DNA of 64,000 nt from Candidatus Aminicenantes bacterium (GTDB lineage: Bacteria > Acidobacteriota > Aminicenantia > Aminicenantales > Saccharicenantaceae). The position numbers were made by a program, and so were the translations under genes. The notes under the pieces are model-generated. The model ran no database searches and was not told where the DNA came from. It saw only the letters and a list, made by a program, of their open reading frames with translations. The stretch's first letter is position 1. Each line of letters starts with the position of its first letter. Of the stretch, positions 60,473 to 64,000 are shown piece by piece. The stretch covers positions 158,635-222,634 of the forward strand of contig CAVULT010000027.1 in assembly GCA_963742235.1 (NCBI GenBank), written 5' to 3'.

Positions 60473-62134
60473 ATGGCCGATAAGTACTTCTCCCTCGTGC
60501 TCCACAGCCATATCCCCTATGTCCTCGCCCACGGCAGCTGGCCGCACGGGATGGACTGGCTGTACGAGGCGGCGGCCGAGAGCTACATGCCCCTCCTGGA
60601 CGTCTTCGAGCGCCTGGCCGGCGAGGGCATTCCGGCCCGGACCAACGTCAGCTTCACGCCCGTGCTGATGGAACAGCTCAAGGACCCCGGTTTCGTCAGC
60701 GGCTTCGACGAGTACCTCAAGATGAAGATCGAGGCCGCCGTTCGCGACCGGGCCCACTTCGGCCAGACCGGGAATGCCGCTCTCCGCCCCCTGACCGACT
60801 TCTGGGAGGCCTGGTACCGCAGGCTCCTCGAGGACTTCCACGGCCGCTACCGACCGCGACATCATCGACGCCTACCGGTCTCTCCAGGACCGCGGCCTGA
60901 TCGAGGTCCTGACGTCGGGCGCGACTCACGGCTATTTCCCGCTTCTCTCCCGCGACGAGAGCATCCGCCAGCAGGTCCGCCAGGGATGCCACACGTATCG
61001 GACAGCATTTCGGCCGCGACCCCCGCGGCTTCTGGATCCCCGAGTGCGCTTACCGGCCGGGATACGCCTGGAAGAACCCTTTCGGGGACGGCGAGCCGTA
61101 CGACCGGCTCGGGCGTGGACGAGATCCTGGGGCAGGAAGGGCTCGGGCTGTTTCTTCGTCGATTCGCACCTCCTCAAGGGCGGCGAGGCCAAGGGCGTCT
61201 ACATCGATCGTTTCCCGGGCCTGAAGCTCCTCTGGGAAAAGTTCCGGGAGGCCTACAGGCCGGCCGACGAGCGGCCGAACGACGCCCTATTCGGCCTATC
61301 TGGCCCATCCCTCGCACGTCCCGTTCTTCGCCCGGGACGAGGTCTCCGGCTCGCAGGTCTGGAGCCGCTCGATGGGCTACCCCGGCGACGGGGGATACCT
61401 CGAATTCCACAAGAAGCACTTCCCCGGCGGCCTGCGCTACTGGCGGATCACGTCGAGCGACGCGGACCTGGGCCTCAAGGAGCCGTACGATCCGGCCGCC
61501 GTCCAGGCCCGGCTCGAGGAACACGCCGGACACTTCGCGTCGGTCCTCGAATCGACGCTCGCCGGCCGCTCCTCGGGCGTCGGTCGCGGCCCTCTACGAC
61601 ACGGAGCTTTTCGGCCACTGGTGGTTCGAGGGCCCGGAGTGGCTCTATCACGTCATCCGAAAGCTGTCGACCGGGCCGGTCCGGCCGGCGACGGCGGGCG
61701 ATGTGCTCGAGCGCCTGCCGCCCCGAACGATCGATCTCTCTGCCCGAGGGCTCGTGGGGCAAGGGCGGCTTCCACTGGATCTGGCTCAACGACGACACCT
61801 CCTGGATCTGGAAGAAGATCTACCGCATCGAGGAGGCCGCCGCGGCGCTCGCGCCGCGCCTGGCGCGTCTCGACCGGCGGCTCCTCAAGCAGTTCTTCCG
61901 GGAGAAGTTCCTCCTCGAAAGCTCCGATTGGCCCTTTCTCATCTCGACCTGGTCGGCCCGCGACTATGCCGAGCTCCGGGCCGCCGAGCACTTCGAGCGG
62001 GCCCTGACCCTGGCCGGCTGGCTCAAGGAAGGCCGGGTCCTCGAGCGCCGCCGAAGAGGCGCTCCTCCGCATCCTTCGAGTCCGAAGATCATCTCTTTGA
62101 AGAGGTCGTTCTGCCCGATGGAACTGTTATCTGA
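60473..62134 (+). CDS. GH57-type 1,4-alpha-glucan branching enzyme-like, multiple frameshifts
   Basis: MADKYFSLVLHSHIPYV... plus the conserved DTELFGHWWFEGPEWL segment in frame; the stretch between 60820 and 61560 is out of frame. Confidence 0.55.
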   Translation: MADKYFSLVLHSHIPYVLAHGSWPHGMDWLYEAAAESYMPLLDVFERLAGEGIPARTNVSFTPVLMEQLKDPGFVSGFDEYLKMKIEAAVRDRAHFGQTGNAALRPLTDFWEAWYRRLLEDFHGRYRPRHHRRLPVSPGPRPDRGPDVGRDSRLFPASLPRREHPPAGPPGMPHVSDSISAATPAASGSPSALTGRDTPGRTLSGTASRTTGSGVDEILGQEGLGLFLRRFAPPQGRRGQGRLHRSFPGPEAPLGKVPGGLQAGRRAAERRPIRPIWPIPRTSRSSPGTRSPARRSGAARWATPATGDTSNSTRSTSPAACATGGSRRATRTWASRSRTIRPPSRPGSRNTPDTSRRSSNRRSPAAPRASVAALYDTELFGHWWFEGPEWLYHVIRKLSTGPVRPATAGDVLERLPPRTIDLSARGLVGQGRLPLDLAQRRHLLDLEEDLPHRGGRRGARAAPGASRPAAPQAVLPGEVPPRKLRLALSHLDLVGPRLCRAPGRRALRAGPDPGRLAQGRPGPRAPPKRRSSASFESEDHLFEEVVLPDGTVI

Positions 62135-63298
62135 GAAGACCCTGACCATGGTCCTCTGCGGGGGCAAAGGGGAGAGGCTCTATCCCCTGACCCGCGATCG
62201 GGCCAAGCCGTCCGTGCCCTTTCTCGGCGCCTATCGGATCATCGATTTCAGCCTGTCCAACGCCCTCAACTCCGGCCTGCGCCGGATCGCCCTTCTGACC
62301 CAGTACAAGTCCCTGTCCCTCGAGCGCCACATCCTCAACGGCTGGAACATCTTCCACGCCGAGAGCGGCGACTTCATCATCTCCCTGCCCGCCCAGGGCC
62401 GGGTCGGCGACCACTGGTACGAGGGCACGGCCGACGCGGTGTTCCAGAATATCTACACCATCCAGCAGGAAAACCCGGAGGCCGTCCTCGTGCTTTCGGG
62501 CGACCACATCTACAACGCCGATTACCGCAAGCTCCTGCTCTTCTTCGGCCAGACCGGGGCCGACGCCCTGATCATGACCCGGACGATCCCCATCGAGGAG
62601 GCCTCGCGCTTCGGCGTCATCGGCGTCGACGGCGAGAGCCGCATCGTCCAGTTCATGGAGAAGCCGAAGAAGCCGTTCGCCGCGCCCTGGGACCCGACCA
62701 AGAGCCTGATCTCCATGGGGGTCTATCTGTTCAAGACGCCCGTCCTGATCAAGGCCCTCATCCGCGACGCCCGCAAGACCGCACAGCAGCCACGATTTCG
62801 GCCGGGACATCATCCCTTCGCTCATCGACAGTCAGCGCGTCTTCGCCTACACCTTCGACGACTACTGGGAGGACATCGGGACGATCGACGCCTACTGGGA
62901 GGCCAACATGGCCTTCGTGTCGCCGTCCCCGCCGGGCATCCTCAAGGACCCGGCCTGGCCGGTCCGCTCCTACAGGCCCCAATATCCGCCGACGTTCGTC
63001 TCCGGCTGCGACCTGCAGGCCTCGATCATCGGCCCCGGCTGCTCCTTCGTCGATTGCCGCATCGCCAACTCGATCATCGCTCCGGGGGTCCGTGTCGAGG
63101 CCGGGGGCCGAGGTCATCGATTCGATCCTCTTCCAGGACACCACGGTTTGCCGCGGGGCCCGCCTGCGCAAGGTCATCATCGACAAGTCCTCGGCGATCC
63201 CCGAGGGCCTCGATATCGGCTTCGACGCCGACAAGGACGGACGGAACTTCAAGATCAGCCGGACCGGGATCCGCGTCGTGCCCAAGGGCTGGACCTGA
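62118..63298 (+). CDS. glgC: Glucose-1-phosphate adenylyltransferase, 2 frameshifts (near 62780 and near 63100)
   Basis: Hand translation: MELLSEKTLTMVLCGGKGERLYPLTRDRAKPSVPFLGAYRIIDFSLSNALNSG...; the C-terminal left-handed beta-helix appears in two other frames and ends ...VVPKGWT* at 63298. The track omits it because the +frame stays open to the window end. Confidence 0.65.
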
Positions 63299-63300
63299 GC

Positions 63301-64000
63301 ATGATCGAGAAGTACAGCATCCTGTCGCCGGACTTCGAGCGCGACGCGCCCCGCGAGCTGATGTTGCTGTCGATCATCTCGCAGAGCTTCTTCCAGCCCT
63401 TCTCCCTCGAGGACAACCTGCTCGTCATCCTGACGGCCCTGACCTCGGGGTCGGGCGTCGGGTTCAACCGGGCCATGCTCTTCCTCAAGCAGGGGGACCG
63501 TCTGCGGGGGGAGATGTGGCTCGGCCCGCGGTCGGCCGAAGAGGCCGGGTTGATCTGGGAGGTCCTGTCGACCCCCGGCATCGGCTACGTCGAGATCGTC
63601 GAGCACAACCGGGCCCTGGTCAGCAAGAACGAGGACACCCTGAGCGCGCGCCTCAAGGGCCTCGTCTACGCCTCCGACGACGAGAACGCCCTCATCCCGG
63701 CCTACGCCGCCTGCCGCAAAGAGATCCTCCTGGTCTCCCAGGCCTCGACCGAGCCTCTGGTCGACCGGCGCTTTCTCAACGTCATCGGGGTCGAGCAGTT
63801 CCTGTGCATCCCGCTCCTCGCCCGCGACGACGTCGTCGGCGAGATCATCCTCGACAACGCCATCACCCGAACGCCGATCACGCAGGCCGACATCAAGCTG
63901 GCCGGCATCTGCGGCTTGATGGCCGGCAACTACATCTATTCCGCGACTCTCCACCGCAAGCTCCTCGACGTCGAGAAGATGGCGGCCATGGGCGAGATGG
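63301..64000 (+). CDS. GAF-domain sensor histidine kinase (3' partial)
   Basis: ATG overlaps the glgC stop; GAF-like region, then an H-box-like ...EKMAAMGEM at the window edge. Confidence 0.5.
   Translation, partial: MIEKYSILSPDFERDAPRELMLLSIISQSFFQPFSLEDNLLVILTALTSGSGVGFNRAMLFLKQGDRLRGEMWLGPRSAEEAGLIWEVLSTPGIGYVEIVEHNRALVSKNEDTLSARLKGLVYASDDENALIPAYAACRKEILLVSQASTEPLVDRRFLNVIGVEQFLCIPLLARDDVVGEIILDNAITRTPITQADIKLAGICGLMAGNYIYSATLHRKLLDVEKMAAMGEM

Overview
High-GC (~68-70%) bacterial chromosomal window, gene-dense and mostly housekeeping, with no obvious mobile island. Both strands carry long spurious antisense ORFs because of the GC content; the ORF track also omits 3'-partial ORFs, so glgC and the terminal sensor kinase were read directly from sequence. 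Recognisable content: an active M16 peptidase; an orphan sigma-54 (NtrC-type) response regulator whose ORF runs into a type-A RNase P RNA gene (rnpB); an MFS transporter; a stress-type cluster (DAGK-like lipid kinase, metallophosphoesterase, CsbD, 3xBON protein, small membrane protein); a partial complex-I operon (ychF-nuoJKLMN); initiator tRNA-fMet behind a consensus sigma-70 promoter; lepB, purF and pepP; a nitrilase-superfamily hydrolase apparently fused in frame to a NusG-like paralog; a GHL10 hydrolase; fmdB-hyuA-hyuB; exported RidA; pepD diverging from znuACB; ftcD; two catalytically degenerate M16 homologs; ahcY; a TPR lipoprotein; gpsA-plsY-thpR-cinA-pgpA-rimO-asnS; iscS; serA plus a class-V aminotransferase; an M20 peptidase; a GH63-like hydrolase next to a Tat-exported glycosylasparaginase; rlpA; a LOG-family protein; an archaeal-type purO next to an AICARFT-only purH; an M28 peptidase; two GH57 enzymes plus glgC; and a 3'-partial GAF sensor kinase. 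Two things stand out. First, a ~260-290 nt intergenic repeat is present twice (26.5 kb and 44.7 kb); one copy has 18-bp terminal inverted repeats and both share a conserved hairpin with compensatory changes, so it is either MITE-like or a small-RNA family. Second, more than 20 frameshifts interrupt otherwise conserved genes, the mapped ones at short homopolymer or dinucleotide runs, which points to indel errors in the assembly rather than biology; read-level validation is needed before any pseudogene call. No CRISPR array, integrase, transposase or recognisable defence system was seen.
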